Assembly: GCA_963734495.1 (NCBI GenBank)
Contig: CAVTHK010000005.1
Span: forward strand, 1-64,000
Direction: 5' to 3'
Length of the DNA stretch: 64,000 nt
From: an uncultured Spirochaetota bacterium
Lineage (GTDB): Bacteria; Spirochaetota; Spirochaetia; SZUA-6; CAVTHK01
Below the pieces are notes generated by a model that worked only from the letters and a program-made list of their open reading frames with translations, was not told where the DNA came from and made no database searches. The position numbers and the translations under genes were made by a program. The first letter of the stretch is position 1, and each line of letters begins with the position of its first letter. Positions 29,001 through 38,921 of the stretch are shown one piece after another.

Positions 29001-30019
29001 GGTCGCTGGCGACCCAGCCCGCCGAAGAACGGGCCCTCTATTGGCGGCGATATTCGGAGTTCAAGAACGTGCCCGAGTTCGTCGTGGAAAAGGACTTCTG
29101 GGTCTGCTGGCTCCTTGGGCGGATCTACGCGACCCCTGCCCTCGGCGCCGACTGCATTCTCAAGGGCGGCACGACTCTGTCGAAGGTCTTCGGTGTGATC
29201 AAGCGCTTCTCGGAGGACATCGATCTCGCGATCACGCCCGCTTCGCTGGGCTGGCTGGAGTCCGACCTCGACGACGCGCCGTCGGTATCACAACGCGAGA
29301 AACGGGCGAAGAAGCTCGAAGGCGACTGCACGGAGGCAGTCCGCACGCGATTCCTTCCGAAGCTGGAGTCGGTCGTCGCATCGTCATTGGGACCCCGCTC
29401 AGCCGGCGCCGGCTGGCTGAGCTTCGAGGTGGACGCCGCGACCAAGTCGCCCGTTATCCTGTTTCCCTACCCGCAGGCAGTCCCTCCGGGCTCATACATC
29501 GCACAACAGGTGAAGGTCGAATTCGGCTCACTCACCGACCAGCGGCCGAAAGGTACCTATCTGATCACACCCTTGGTCGCAGACGTTGCCCCCGACGTGC
29601 TTGACGACCTCAGCGCTCAGGTGGTTGCCTTGGAGCTGGAGCGCACGTTCTGGGAGAAGGCCACGATCCTGCATGCTGAACATTACAGGCCGGCGGCGCG
29701 GCCAATGCGGGACCGTTTCGCCCGGCACTACTCGGACGTTGCGGCTCTGTGGCAGGATCCTCGCGGCAGGACGGCGGCGACCCGACTGGACCTGCTCGAG
29801 CGCGTGCGGCTGCACAAGAGCAGGTTCTTCGGATCGAGCTGGGCGCGCTACGAGCTGGCGCGCCCCGGCACTCTCCGCCTCGTCCCGCCCGAGGCGCGCA
29901 TAGCAGAGCTGCGCCGCGACTATGCGGCCATGGGGCCGATGTTCCTGTCGCCGCCGCCTTCCTTCGAGGGCATCCTCGACATCCTGGGCGAAGCGGAGCG
30001 CACTATCAACTCGCAATGA
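28997..30019 (+). CDS. AbiEii/AbiGii nucleotidyltransferase toxin
   Basis: VEKDFWVC, KGGTTLSK, RFSEDIDL, ERTFWEK, RHYSD. Confidence 0.92.
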   Translation: MRSLATQPAEERALYWRRYSEFKNVPEFVVEKDFWVCWLLGRIYATPALGADCILKGGTTLSKVFGVIKRFSEDIDLAITPASLGWLESDLDDAPSVSQREKRAKKLEGDCTEAVRTRFLPKLESVVASSLGPRSAGAGWLSFEVDAATKSPVILFPYPQAVPPGSYIAQQVKVEFGSLTDQRPKGTYLITPLVADVAPDVLDDLSAQVVALELERTFWEKATILHAEHYRPAARPMRDRFARHYSDVAALWQDPRGRTAATRLDLLERVRLHKSRFFGSSWARYELARPGTLRLVPPEARIAELRRDYAAMGPMFLSPPPSFEGILDILGEAERTINSQ

Positions 30020-30246
30020 ACGGCTCGCAATTCGCATTTCTACAGGCTGAATGGCCAGCAGTCAGCAAGGCTCGCATCATCAACACGCTCGGCAACCAGG
30101 CGGTGCACAGCCAGAGGCCGATCCAGCAGGCCGACTCGGTCACGGCGATCCGCGGGCTCTTCCATGTGTGCTACTGGCTGGTCGGGACCTATGCGACAGT
30201 GCTCGCAGCCTGGCCACGAACCCCGGCGCCCCTTCTCAGAAGTTGA
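30016..30246 (+). pseudogene. Remnant of type I restriction endonuclease HsdR N-terminus (DUF4145)
   Basis: SQFAFLQAEWPAV joined directly to SKARIINTLGNQAVHS...LFHVCYWL; no helicase domains follow. Confidence 0.7.
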
Positions 30247-30808
30247 GCCTCCCCAGGGGCAGGACGCGGTGCAGACGGCGGAGAATGCCCAGCACCCTTC
30301 CTTCGACTTCTTTCAGGTCGTGCTCGTCAGGCCGCTGGCGGATGTCGCCGAACCTGCCGTCGGTGTTGTAGCTCTCATCGGTCTCGGGGAAGACCCCGGG
30401 CACCGCGATGGTGTCCACGACGCGTATGCCTTCGTGCTCGAAGTACTGCCCGATGTGCTTCAGCATCGGCTCGGCCTCGCTGTAGCCGGTGTGTCCCCCG
30501 CCGTAGGTGCAGAAAGGAACCGCGGCGATTCCCGGAGCCTCGGGCGCCGAGGGGAGCAGCGTCACGCCTTCGCGCCGCCTGTTCTGCCGCAGGAAAGAAA
30601 GCACCGGCGCGGGAGAGAGGTTCTCGTACACGGGAGCTCCGAAGAACACCAGGTTGTAGTCGAAGTACTCGAACTTCATCTCCTTGGCGATGCGGGTGAC
30701 CGACACATCCATCCCCGCCCTGGCGAGGGTGTCGCGTATCCGCTCCGCCACCTTTTCCGTGTTGCCGTTCTTGGTCCAGAAGAGGACGCAGGCCTTTCCC
30801 TCGGGCAT
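30236..30808 (-). CDS. Flavodoxin-family protein
   Basis: WTKNGNTEKVAE, FFGAPVY, FCTYGG. Confidence 0.82.
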   Translation of the reverse strand: MPEGKACVLFWTKNGNTEKVAERIRDTLARAGMDVSVTRIAKEMKFEYFDYNLVFFGAPVYENLSPAPVLSFLRQNRRREGVTLLPSAPEAPGIAAVPFCTYGGGHTGYSEAEPMLKHIGQYFEHEGIRVVDTIAVPGVFPETDESYNTDGRFGDIRQRPDEHDLKEVEGRVLGILRRLHRVLPLGRLNF

Positions 30809-30900
30809 CGCAGTCTCCTCCTTTTCGATGGTCAAACAGATCAGGCGCGGTCCGCCGCACGCGACCGAAGCTGCGCGAACCGCGGCCCCGCTTCTGCCGG

Positions 30901-33900
30901 CTATCGCCCCCGCTTCCACACGGGCATGATGGGGACCCGGTCCTCCTCGGCGCCCATCAGCACGGTGGCGTGGAACGACGCGCTCGTCGTCGAGCCGTCG
31001 CGCGAGCGCGTAAAGGCGGCGACGAACGTCGCGGCGGGCGCCTCTCCTTCGACCGAAGAAGAGCCGAAGTAGTCGACAGACACATCGAAGCCGCGCCGGG
31101 ACAGGCGCGGGTGCTCGTAGAGCTCGGGGCCAAGCCCTTCGGTGTTGTCCCAGAAAAGCCTGCCGCCCGAGCGCGACTCCATGCGCTCGTACCAGACTTC
31201 GGAAAACATCCCTTCCTTTATATGAAGGTCGACATCCGTGTCGTCGAGGTTCCAGAACAGCAGGAGGCGGCCGGCCGGCTGCGACGCGAGCTCGGGCTCG
31301 GCCTCGACGAGCGCGGCGAGGCGGCGCTCCCAGGCCGCGCGCAGGGGATGCTGCGGGTGAGCGCGCAGCGCGGCCCGCAGCAGGTCAGCGTAGAGGCGCG
31401 CGGAGACCGCCCGCGCCTGCTCTTCGAAGCGCGGGAACTTCCGCGAGAGGATCACCTCGTGGCGCAGCGCGGCGGCGCCGAGTGCGCCCCGCGCGGATTC
31501 GGCGATCGCCTCCATCAGCAGGTTCTGCGGCTCGAAGGGCCGGCGGGCGCGCACGCGGCCGAAGAGGCGGCCCGCTTCGTCGTAGAAGCCCCAGTCGAGC
31601 AGCGCGAAGCCGACCAGCCGCAGGGCGCGGTCGTCGCGCGGGGCGAGCTCGGCGATCGTCGAGAGCTGCCGCAGCGCCTGCGCCGTCTCCAGCGCCCGCG
31701 CGGGCTTGCGCTCCGCGTCGGCGCTCGTTCCCGCGAACGTCTCCTCGGCCGCGCGGTAGATCGCCGCGGGCGTGTCCGCGTCGCGCGCGACGCGCGGCTG
31801 CTGCAGCAGCACCTTCGCGCTTCCGCTCGCCTCCGGCTCGGGAGGCATCTGCCACACGGGCGTCGGCGGCAGCGACGCGAGGCTGCGGATGAGCTGCACG
31901 GTCTCCCCGGGCATCTCTTCGGGCAGCGCCAGCCCCGAGATCTCCACGCGCTCCGCCCTCGCGGGCGCGCGCCTCGCGGCCAGCGTCTGGCGGATCTCGC
32001 GGAAGTCCAGCGGCTTGTCCGAGACCCCGTACTGCTTGTACTCCTCGTCCGTCTCGAGGATGAGGAACGAGGCGAAGTCGTTGGCGAGGAAGAAGTGACG
32101 CGACAGCGCGAAGACCACGCGCCCCGCCGCTTCGTCGTCCTCGCCCGACAGATCGCCGACGAACGTCTCCGCCCAGGCGCGGGAGGCGAGCGCGTCCGTG
32201 AGAGCGCTGCGGCCGAGCGGCACCTTGACCTCCGTGTCGCGGCCGTCGATCCGCATGACGAGGCGCGTCTCGACCGCGGGCCGCGCGGTCCTCACGGCGA
32301 CCTCGAGCACCTGCCCGGGATACAGCAGCCCGGGGTCGCCCGCCACGATGACCTCGTCCTGCGATGGCGACCGCACCCATTCGAGGTGGCTCACCGGCGA
32401 GCGGTGCGCGCGGGCCGCCTGGTCGAGATCCTGCGCGGGGCCGACGCGCACGATCTGCCCGTTGGCCCGCGTGAGCTCGGCGAACAGCCGCTCGTTATGC
32501 GGCGCTGCGCCGAACTGGTAACAGATCCAGCGGCGGGAGGCGAGGTCCGCGCCCCCGGCAGCCGCGAGGATCTCGCGAGGGTCGTCAGGGCCCCACGTGA
32601 TTTCACCATCTGATAAAAGGAAGAAGGTCGCCGCCCGCAGGAGGTCCGGCTGCGCTTTCAGCGCGTCCACCACCGAGGCGAAGCTCGTTGCCCCCTCCAG
32701 GCGGACGCGCCCGACGTCCGCGAGGGCGCTTTCGCGCACGTCCCGCGTGTTCGGCACGAAGCCCGGCGTGAGCAGCTCCGCGCGGACGTCGAACGCGAGG
32801 ATCGCGAACTCGCCGATCGAGTCGTCGGTCTCGAGGATGCGGCGGAGCATCTGGCCCGAGAGCGCGTAGAGCGCGTCCCGGCCGGAGTAGCTCGAGTCCA
32901 GCAGAAAGAGCGCGCGGCCCGTCGAGGCGACGAGCGAGCGCGGCGGGAGGTCCGGCGTGACCAGCAGCGTCGCGAGCGTTCCGGGGACCGCGGGGTCCGC
33001 GCCCGCGAGCGCCGAGAGCGCCGGCGTCCGCGGCGTCGCCTCGAAGAGCAGGTCGGCGGGCCGCTTCGCGTCGAGCGGCGGCCGCCACGTGCGGCTCCCG
33101 GCCGCCTGCTCGGCAGCGAGCGCGGCCCCGCCGGCCGAGAGCGCCGCGCGGCTGAAGAAGCCCGCGATCTCGTGGACCGTGATGCGCCGCCGCGCGGCCG
33201 CGGCCGCGGGCTCCGGCAGCGCGAACGCGACCTTGCCGCCCGAAGGCGGCAGTGTCTGGTCGTAGGCGAAGACGACGCGCTTGTAGCCCGAAGGGGCGAT
33301 CGGGTAGATGCGCGCCGAGTACGTCCCCGATCCGGCCCACTCCGCGAGGGCGGGATCGACGCGCCGGCGCGTCACCGCCTCGTACACCTCGCGGCCGCGC
33401 ACCGGCTCCACGACGCGCGCCGGCCGCTCCTTGCCCCAGTCGACGTCTTTCCAGCGCGTCTGCGCGGCGATCGGCCGCGCCAGCAGCGCGTCCGGCACGC
33501 CCGGGTCCGGGGCGAGCAGCGCCTCGGGCGTCGGCCCGCCGTTCCCGTCGAAGGTCGCCAGGAAACACGGGCTCGCCCTGTCGGGCAGCCCGATCATGAG
33601 GGTGCCCGCGAGCGTACGCTGCGAGGGGTTCGAAAACACCATGTCGAAGACCACGCGCGCGCGGTGGCCGGCTACGACCACGCTCACATCGTGGACGACA
33701 AAGGGCAGCGCCTCGAGGTCGGGCCCCTGGATGCGCGCGAGGAGCTCCGGCGGCTTCGGCCTGAGCACGGGCAGCGTGGCGAGCGTCCGCGCAGGCTGAG
33801 CCTCAGCCGCGGCAGGCTTTTCGGCGGGCTGCCCCGCGGGCGCGTCGCGCGCGGCCTCGCGATCGCCGGCCACGTCGGCCATCTTGAGCTCTGCCGCCGG

Positions 33901-34020
33901 CGCGGAGGGCGCAGGTTCGCGCATGACCGCGCGCTCCGGCGCGCCAGCGCACCCGAAGAGCGCCAGCAGCGCGGCCGCGGCCGCGTGACGCAGCGCCCGC
34001 CTTCCCCTTCCCTTTTTCAT
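30901..34020 (-). CDS. Large lipoprotein with VIT, vWA-like, TPR and DUF2135-like domains
   Basis: Lipobox LLALFGC; ARVVFDMVFSNP; FLLDSSYS...GATS...LLSDG (MIDAS-like); WNLDDTDVDLH...DNTEGLGPE. Confidence 0.78.
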   Translation of the reverse strand: MKKGRGRRALRHAAAAALLALFGCAGAPERAVMREPAPSAPAAELKMADVAGDREAARDAPAGQPAEKPAAAEAQPARTLATLPVLRPKPPELLARIQGPDLEALPFVVHDVSVVVAGHRARVVFDMVFSNPSQRTLAGTLMIGLPDRASPCFLATFDGNGGPTPEALLAPDPGVPDALLARPIAAQTRWKDVDWGKERPARVVEPVRGREVYEAVTRRRVDPALAEWAGSGTYSARIYPIAPSGYKRVVFAYDQTLPPSGGKVAFALPEPAAAAARRRITVHEIAGFFSRAALSAGGAALAAEQAAGSRTWRPPLDAKRPADLLFEATPRTPALSALAGADPAVPGTLATLLVTPDLPPRSLVASTGRALFLLDSSYSGRDALYALSGQMLRRILETDDSIGEFAILAFDVRAELLTPGFVPNTRDVRESALADVGRVRLEGATSFASVVDALKAQPDLLRAATFFLLSDGEITWGPDDPREILAAAGGADLASRRWICYQFGAAPHNERLFAELTRANGQIVRVGPAQDLDQAARAHRSPVSHLEWVRSPSQDEVIVAGDPGLLYPGQVLEVAVRTARPAVETRLVMRIDGRDTEVKVPLGRSALTDALASRAWAETFVGDLSGEDDEAAGRVVFALSRHFFLANDFASFLILETDEEYKQYGVSDKPLDFREIRQTLAARRAPARAERVEISGLALPEEMPGETVQLIRSLASLPPTPVWQMPPEPEASGSAKVLLQQPRVARDADTPAAIYRAAEETFAGTSADAERKPARALETAQALRQLSTIAELAPRDDRALRLVGFALLDWGFYDEAGRLFGRVRARRPFEPQNLLMEAIAESARGALGAAALRHEVILSRKFPRFEEQARAVSARLYADLLRAALRAHPQHPLRAAWERRLAALVEAEPELASQPAGRLLLFWNLDDTDVDLHIKEGMFSEVWYERMESRSGGRLFWDNTEGLGPELYEHPRLSRRGFDVSVDYFGSSSVEGEAPAATFVAAFTRSRDGSTTSASFHATVLMGAEEDRVPIMPVWKRGR

Positions 34021-34028
34021 TCTCTGCT

Positions 34029-35708
34029 TCAGCCGCCGATGCTGAAGCCCAGGTCGGAGTACCCCTGGTTGAGCGCCACCGTGATCGGGAGCTGGTTCGC
34101 GGTCGGCCCCCAGAGCTGCCGCGGGCCGGGCGAGGCGAAGCGGTCCTCCGCCGCCCAGGCGGCCCGCCGCGCCGCGAAGTACTTGAACGCGGGGGAGTCC
34201 ACCGTGACGAGGGCTTTCTTGATGACGTATTCGTCCTTGCCGCCGCGCCGCTCGACGTTCATCAGGGCGAGCAGGGGAAGGGCGATCACGCGGCCGCCCT
34301 TGTCGAAGTCGGTCACAGCCACGATGTACCCGGTGCGGCCGTCGAGGACGAGGGACCCGGCGCCAAGCCCGAGGTTGTAGGTGTAGGCCGCGTCGAACAG
34401 CGACGGGGCGCCGCAGCGGCCCTCGTAGCCGAAAAAGTGGTTCTGCGTGGCGAACTTGACCTTCGGGTCGATCTCCTTGACGCGCGCGGCCACCATGTCG
34501 ATGAGCAGCTTCTCGGTGGGGATCTGCGTGACCTGCACGTTGCCGTGAGAGTCGCGCTCGAGCAGGAGCTGGCGCTCGATCTCGTTGGGCAGCGAGGAGA
34601 AGATCTTCGCGTTCGCCTGCGAGAGCCTGCCGACGATAAAGCCCGGCTTGGCCTCCGGCGAGAGGTTCGCGAACTCCGTCGAGTATTTCGCCATCGCATC
34701 GTTGAGCTCGGCCATGAGACCCTTGAGGTCCGGGATGAACTCGATGAGCCCTTCGGGGATCACGACGCAGCCGTGGTTGATTCCCTTGCGCGCCCGCGTG
34801 ACCACCGCCTGCGCGATCTGCTCGATCACCGCCGCGAGCGTGATGTTCTTCGCCTCGATCTCCTCGGAGATGAGGGCGACCGCGGGCCGCGTCTGCAGCG
34901 CCACCTCGAGCGTGACGTGGCTGGCCGCGCGGCCCATCAGGCGGATAAAGTGCCAGTACTTGCGCGAGGACGGGGTGTCCTGCAGGACGTTGCCCGTCAT
35001 CTCGGCGTAGATCCGCGTCGCGGTGTCGAAGCCAAAGGAGATTGGCAGCCACGACCCCGCCTGCAGGTCGCCGTCGATGGTCTTGGGCACGCCGATGACC
35101 TTGACGCCGTCTTCGACCAGGTACTCGGCCAGGGCCGCGGCGTTGGTGTTCGAGTCGTCGCCCCCGACGACGACGATGCCGTCGAGCTTGTTGTCGCGGC
35201 ACGTCTTGCGCACGGCCGCGAACTGCTCGTCGGTCTTGATCTTGGTGCGGTCGCTTCCGAGAAAATCGAAGCCGCCGGTGTTGAAGATGCGCTCGACGTC
35301 GGCATCGGCGATCTCGAAGACGTCGCCCTTGATCAGGCCCGCCGGCCCCGCCTTGATGCCGAGCAGCGTGTTCTCGCGGCCGAGGACGCGCTTGAGGCCC
35401 GCGACGACGTTGTGCCCGCCCGCGGCGGGACCGCCTGAGAACAGAACCGCCACCCGCTTGCCGCGGGCCGGCTTGCCGCTCGGCCCCTTGGCCGCGAGGA
35501 TGCGGTCCTGCGACCGCGTCCGCGGAAAAGCCGCGCCGATCCTGGCGCTGTCCTCGGTCCGCAGCGCCTCGCCGGTCTCCTCGAAGGCGACGGGCGCCAC
35601 GCCCGGGCCCTTGCGGAAGACCTTGCACGCCGGGGTGGCGAGCTTGCGGACCGCGTCCTCGAACGGCGAGTGGTTCTTTTCCTGAGCGTCGAGCTTTTCC
35701 TGCAACAT
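34029..35708 (-). CDS. pfp: Pyrophosphate-dependent phosphofructokinase
   Basis: GGDDSNT, PKTIDGD, LMGRAASH, FFGYEGR. Confidence 0.95.
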   Translation of the reverse strand: MLQEKLDAQEKNHSPFEDAVRKLATPACKVFRKGPGVAPVAFEETGEALRTEDSARIGAAFPRTRSQDRILAAKGPSGKPARGKRVAVLFSGGPAAGGHNVVAGLKRVLGRENTLLGIKAGPAGLIKGDVFEIADADVERIFNTGGFDFLGSDRTKIKTDEQFAAVRKTCRDNKLDGIVVVGGDDSNTNAAALAEYLVEDGVKVIGVPKTIDGDLQAGSWLPISFGFDTATRIYAEMTGNVLQDTPSSRKYWHFIRLMGRAASHVTLEVALQTRPAVALISEEIEAKNITLAAVIEQIAQAVVTRARKGINHGCVVIPEGLIEFIPDLKGLMAELNDAMAKYSTEFANLSPEAKPGFIVGRLSQANAKIFSSLPNEIERQLLLERDSHGNVQVTQIPTEKLLIDMVAARVKEIDPKVKFATQNHFFGYEGRCGAPSLFDAAYTYNLGLGAGSLVLDGRTGYIVAVTDFDKGGRVIALPLLALMNVERRGGKDEYVIKKALVTVDSPAFKYFAARRAAWAAEDRFASPGPRQLWGPTANQLPITVALNQGYSDLGFSIGG

Positions 35709-35804
35709 GTCTCCGCTTCCTTTTGATCCGATTATAGCCGCGGCCGCGCGGCGCGGGGAAGCCCCCTCGCCTCGCGCGCTGCAAGCCCCGGGCGCCGGGC
35801 GCGG

Positions 35805-36824
35805 CTACTTCTCCAGGCGCTTGCGCAGCTTGCGGCCGCTCGGCTGCTGCGGCTGCTCGACGGCCGGCGACTGCCCCCGCGCCCGCCGCGAAAAGAGCAC
35901 CAGGCAGAGCGCGCCGCCGACGATCATGAGGGAGCAGAGGATCTGCCCGGTCGTGAAGTTCCACGGAGTGAGCAGGCGGTAGCCGGGATTGTCCCCCGCG
36001 ACGAGCCGGATCGGGAAATCGATGCCCTGGTCGGGCTGACGCACGTACTCGATGAGGAAACGGATCACCCCGTAGCCGATGAGGTAGACGCCGATCTGGA
36101 ACCCCTTGAAGGGCCGCCAGCGGCGGAACACGAACCACATCAGGAGCCCGAGGAGGATGCCTTCGCCGAAGGCCTCGTAGAGCTGCGACGGGTGGCGCGG
36201 CAGGTTCACCGACCCCTTGCCCGTCACGTCGATGCCCGCCGCGGCGGCGACCTGCCTGACCCACGCCTGGTTGGTCGGGATGCGCTCCGCATCGGGGAAG
36301 ATCACGCCCCAGGGCAGCGAGGTGACGCGGCCGTAGAGCTCGCCGTTGATAAAGTTGCCGAGCCGGCCGAAGAAGTAGCCAAAAGGGATCGCGGTGACGA
36401 TCATGTCGCCCCACTCCAGCGTGTCGATCTTGCGCAGCCTGGTGTAGGCGACAAAGGCGATCACGACGCCGACGAGCCCGCCGTGATACGACATCCCCTG
36501 GATCCCGGTAAAGACGGGGCGGCCGTTGACGGTGGTGAAGGGCCATATGATCTGGAGCGGATGCCGCGCGTAGTAGCCCTCGGCGTCGTAGATGGTGACG
36601 GCGAACAGGCGCCCGCCCACGATCAGGCCGACAATGCTCCAGAAGAACAGGTTGGCCAGCTCATCCTTGTCCACCTCGAGGCGGCGCTCTTTGATCTGCG
36701 CCTTGAACAGCAGGTAGGCGACCGCGAACGCCACGAGGTACATCATCCCGTACCAGCGGAGGGCCGGGAACCCCGGAATGATCTCCGGTCTGATCCACGA
36801 GGGAAACGGTATCGCAAGCAACAT
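35805..36824 (-). CDS. lgt: Prolipoprotein diacylglyceryl transferase
   Basis: RWYGMMY, MSYHGGL, GRLGNFINGELYGR, RHPSQLYE. Confidence 0.96.
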   Translation of the reverse strand: MLLAIPFPSWIRPEIIPGFPALRWYGMMYLVAFAVAYLLFKAQIKERRLEVDKDELANLFFWSIVGLIVGGRLFAVTIYDAEGYYARHPLQIIWPFTTVNGRPVFTGIQGMSYHGGLVGVVIAFVAYTRLRKIDTLEWGDMIVTAIPFGYFFGRLGNFINGELYGRVTSLPWGVIFPDAERIPTNQAWVRQVAAAAGIDVTGKGSVNLPRHPSQLYEAFGEGILLGLLMWFVFRRWRPFKGFQIGVYLIGYGVIRFLIEYVRQPDQGIDFPIRLVAGDNPGYRLLTPWNFTTGQILCSLMIVGGALCLVLFSRRARGQSPAVEQPQQPSGRKLRKRLEK

Positions 36825-36841
36825 GACGACTCCTCGACGCT

Positions 36842-37318
36842 CTATAGGGAGGGCGGTCTCGAGGCTTCGGCGCCCGCGCCGGAAACCGGGCTGGCGTCCG
36901 TGCCCTGCGCGGCCCGCGGTCCCGGCAGGTCGGGCGCGGGCGCATTCCCGTCTGATGACAGCACGAGCAGCAGGAAGACCAGGTCGATCACCGTCGCCGC
37001 GCCCAGCAGAAGGATCACCGAGAGCTCGGGAAGCATGCCCGCGACGAGCGCGGCCGCGATCGCGCCGAGCCCGGACGCCAGCTCGAGCGCCTTGCCCAGC
37101 CGCAGCAGCGGCCTGAGCCCGGCGCGGGCGTCGGCGAGCATCGCGGCCGCGGCGAAGCCCGCGGCCATCACGAGCCCCGGCGCCGCGAGCGGCACCAGCA
37201 GCAGCACGAGCCCCGCCATCCGGCCCCCGGCGAGGCGCGCCGCCGCAGAGAGCAGCAGCGCGATGCGCGCCACTTCCCACGCGGCGCCGGCGAGGCGTGC
37301 GGTCCGTGCCAGGTTCAT
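36842..37318 (-). CDS. Small membrane hypothetical protein
   Basis: About 4 hydrophobic segments; own promoter upstream. Confidence 0.6.
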   Translation of the reverse strand: MNLARTARLAGAAWEVARIALLLSAAARLAGGRMAGLVLLLVPLAAPGLVMAAGFAAAAMLADARAGLRPLLRLGKALELASGLGAIAAALVAGMLPELSVILLLGAATVIDLVFLLLVLSSDGNAPAPDLPGPRAAQGTDASPVSGAGAEASRPPSL

Positions 37319-37329
37319 ACCGTAGGCGG

Positions 37330-37358
37330 AGTTTAGCGGTCATGTTATAATAGGTCAA
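37330..37358. promoter_or_regulatory. Overlapping divergent sigma70 promoters
   Basis: Minus: TTGACC-N17-TAAACT; plus: extended -10 TGTTATAAT at 37343-37351. Confidence 0.6.
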
Positions 37359-37466
37359 GGTAAGCGCCTCGCGGGCGCGCTTCTTCCTGCAAAAAGGGCA
37401 GTTGCGAGCACCCGCCAGCACGACGCGAAGACGCGCGACGGGGTTCGGGGCGTAGGCGGAGTGCAC

Positions 37467-38921
37467 ATGCAGGATCCCAGGGGCAAAGAACGGCTCGTCT
37501 GGACGGGCCTCACCGGAGCGCTTCTCGTCGTCGTGCTCCTGTTCTCGTTCACGACCTCGGCCCTCGCTCAGAGCGCGGACAAGCAAAGCCAGCAGATGCT
37601 GGGCCTCTTCTACGAGGTCTTCCAGTTCGTCCAGCGCAACTACGTGGACGAGGCCAAGACGGACCCGAAGCTCCTTGTCGAAGGGGCCCTCAAGGGGATG
37701 TTCGAGTCCCTGGGCGATCCCCACTCGGCCTACCTCGCCGAGCAGGAGATGCGCAACCTCACCGACACGACCCGCGGCGAGTTCGGCGGCGTGGGCCTCT
37801 ACATCCTCAAGACCACCCGCGGCGTCGAGGTCGCGCGGCCCATCGACGGGACTCCCGCCTACCGGGCGGGGCTCCACGCCGGCGACCTGATCGTCGCGGT
37901 CATGGGCGAGCCCGCGCTGGAGCTCTCGGTCGACGACGTCGTCAAGCGCCTGCGCGGCGCGCCGGGGAGCAACGTGACCATGACGATCCGCCGCGGCGAG
38001 AGCGCGACGTTCGACGTGACGATCACGCGGGCGATCATCGAGATCCCGACCGTGCGCTCCGCGATGATGGCGAACGGGATCGGGTACCTGCTCATCACCC
38101 AGTTCACCCCCAACACGGCGCAGCAGGTGCGCGAGGCGCTCGCCGCCTTCGACAAGCAGCACTACACGAGCCTCGTCATCGACCTGCGCAGCAACCCCGG
38201 GGGCCTGCTCACCGGCGTCGTCGACGTGGCCGACTTTTTCTTCGACCGCGGAACGCTCATCGTGAGCACGCGCTCCCGCATCGCGAGCGAAAACCGCGTG
38301 TACGAGGCGCGGGGCCGGTCGATCGTTCCGCGCGACAAGCCGATCGTGGTCCTCATCGACCGCTACTCGGCCTCGGCCGCGGAGATCCTCACGGGCGCCC
38401 TCAAGGACTACGGCCGGGCCACCATCATGGGCGAGAAGAGCTACGGCAAGGGCTCGGTCCAGGAGGTGGTCCCGATCGAGACCGGCGGCTTCCGGCTGAC
38501 CACGGCGCGCTACTACACGCCTTCGGGCACGACGATCGACCAGGTGGGCATCCAGCCCGACCGGGCCGTCACGCAGCCGGACTACACCGACGAGGAGATC
38601 GCCTCGGCCCGCAAGCTGTCCGACACGAACGCCGTGCAGAACTTCGTCAAGGAGAACCCGAAGCCGTCGGAGGCGACGATCTCGGCCTTTATCCAGAAGC
38701 TCAAAGGTGAAGGCATCACCCTGCGCGAAGACCGCATCCGCAAGAGCATCCGCGACGAGGCCAACCGCGTCGCGGGCGCGTCGCCGGTCTACGACCTCGA
38801 TTTCGACAAGGTGCTGCAGGAGGCGGTCAGGTTCCTGCAGGGCGGATCGCCGGCTGCTGCCGTCTCGGCGGCGCCGGCGCCCGCCGCGACGCCGGCCGTT
38901 CCGCCTGCGCCCGCGCGGTGA
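37467..38921 (+). CDS. ctpA: S41 C-terminal processing protease
   Basis: DPHSAY, PDZ (FGGVG), DLRSNPGG, SASAAEI, GKGSVQ. Confidence 0.94.
   Translation: MQDPRGKERLVWTGLTGALLVVVLLFSFTTSALAQSADKQSQQMLGLFYEVFQFVQRNYVDEAKTDPKLLVEGALKGMFESLGDPHSAYLAEQEMRNLTDTTRGEFGGVGLYILKTTRGVEVARPIDGTPAYRAGLHAGDLIVAVMGEPALELSVDDVVKRLRGAPGSNVTMTIRRGESATFDVTITRAIIEIPTVRSAMMANGIGYLLITQFTPNTAQQVREALAAFDKQHYTSLVIDLRSNPGGLLTGVVDVADFFFDRGTLIVSTRSRIASENRVYEARGRSIVPRDKPIVVLIDRYSASAAEILTGALKDYGRATIMGEKSYGKGSVQEVVPIETGGFRLTTARYYTPSGTTIDQVGIQPDRAVTQPDYTDEEIASARKLSDTNAVQNFVKENPKPSEATISAFIQKLKGEGITLREDRIRKSIRDEANRVAGASPVYDLDFDKVLQEAVRFLQGGSPAAAVSAAPAPAATPAVPPAPAR

Noticed and set aside
30901..36546. 1881-aa ORF
   Set aside because: Upstream part is an off-frame shadow of lgt/pfp; the real gene starts at 34020
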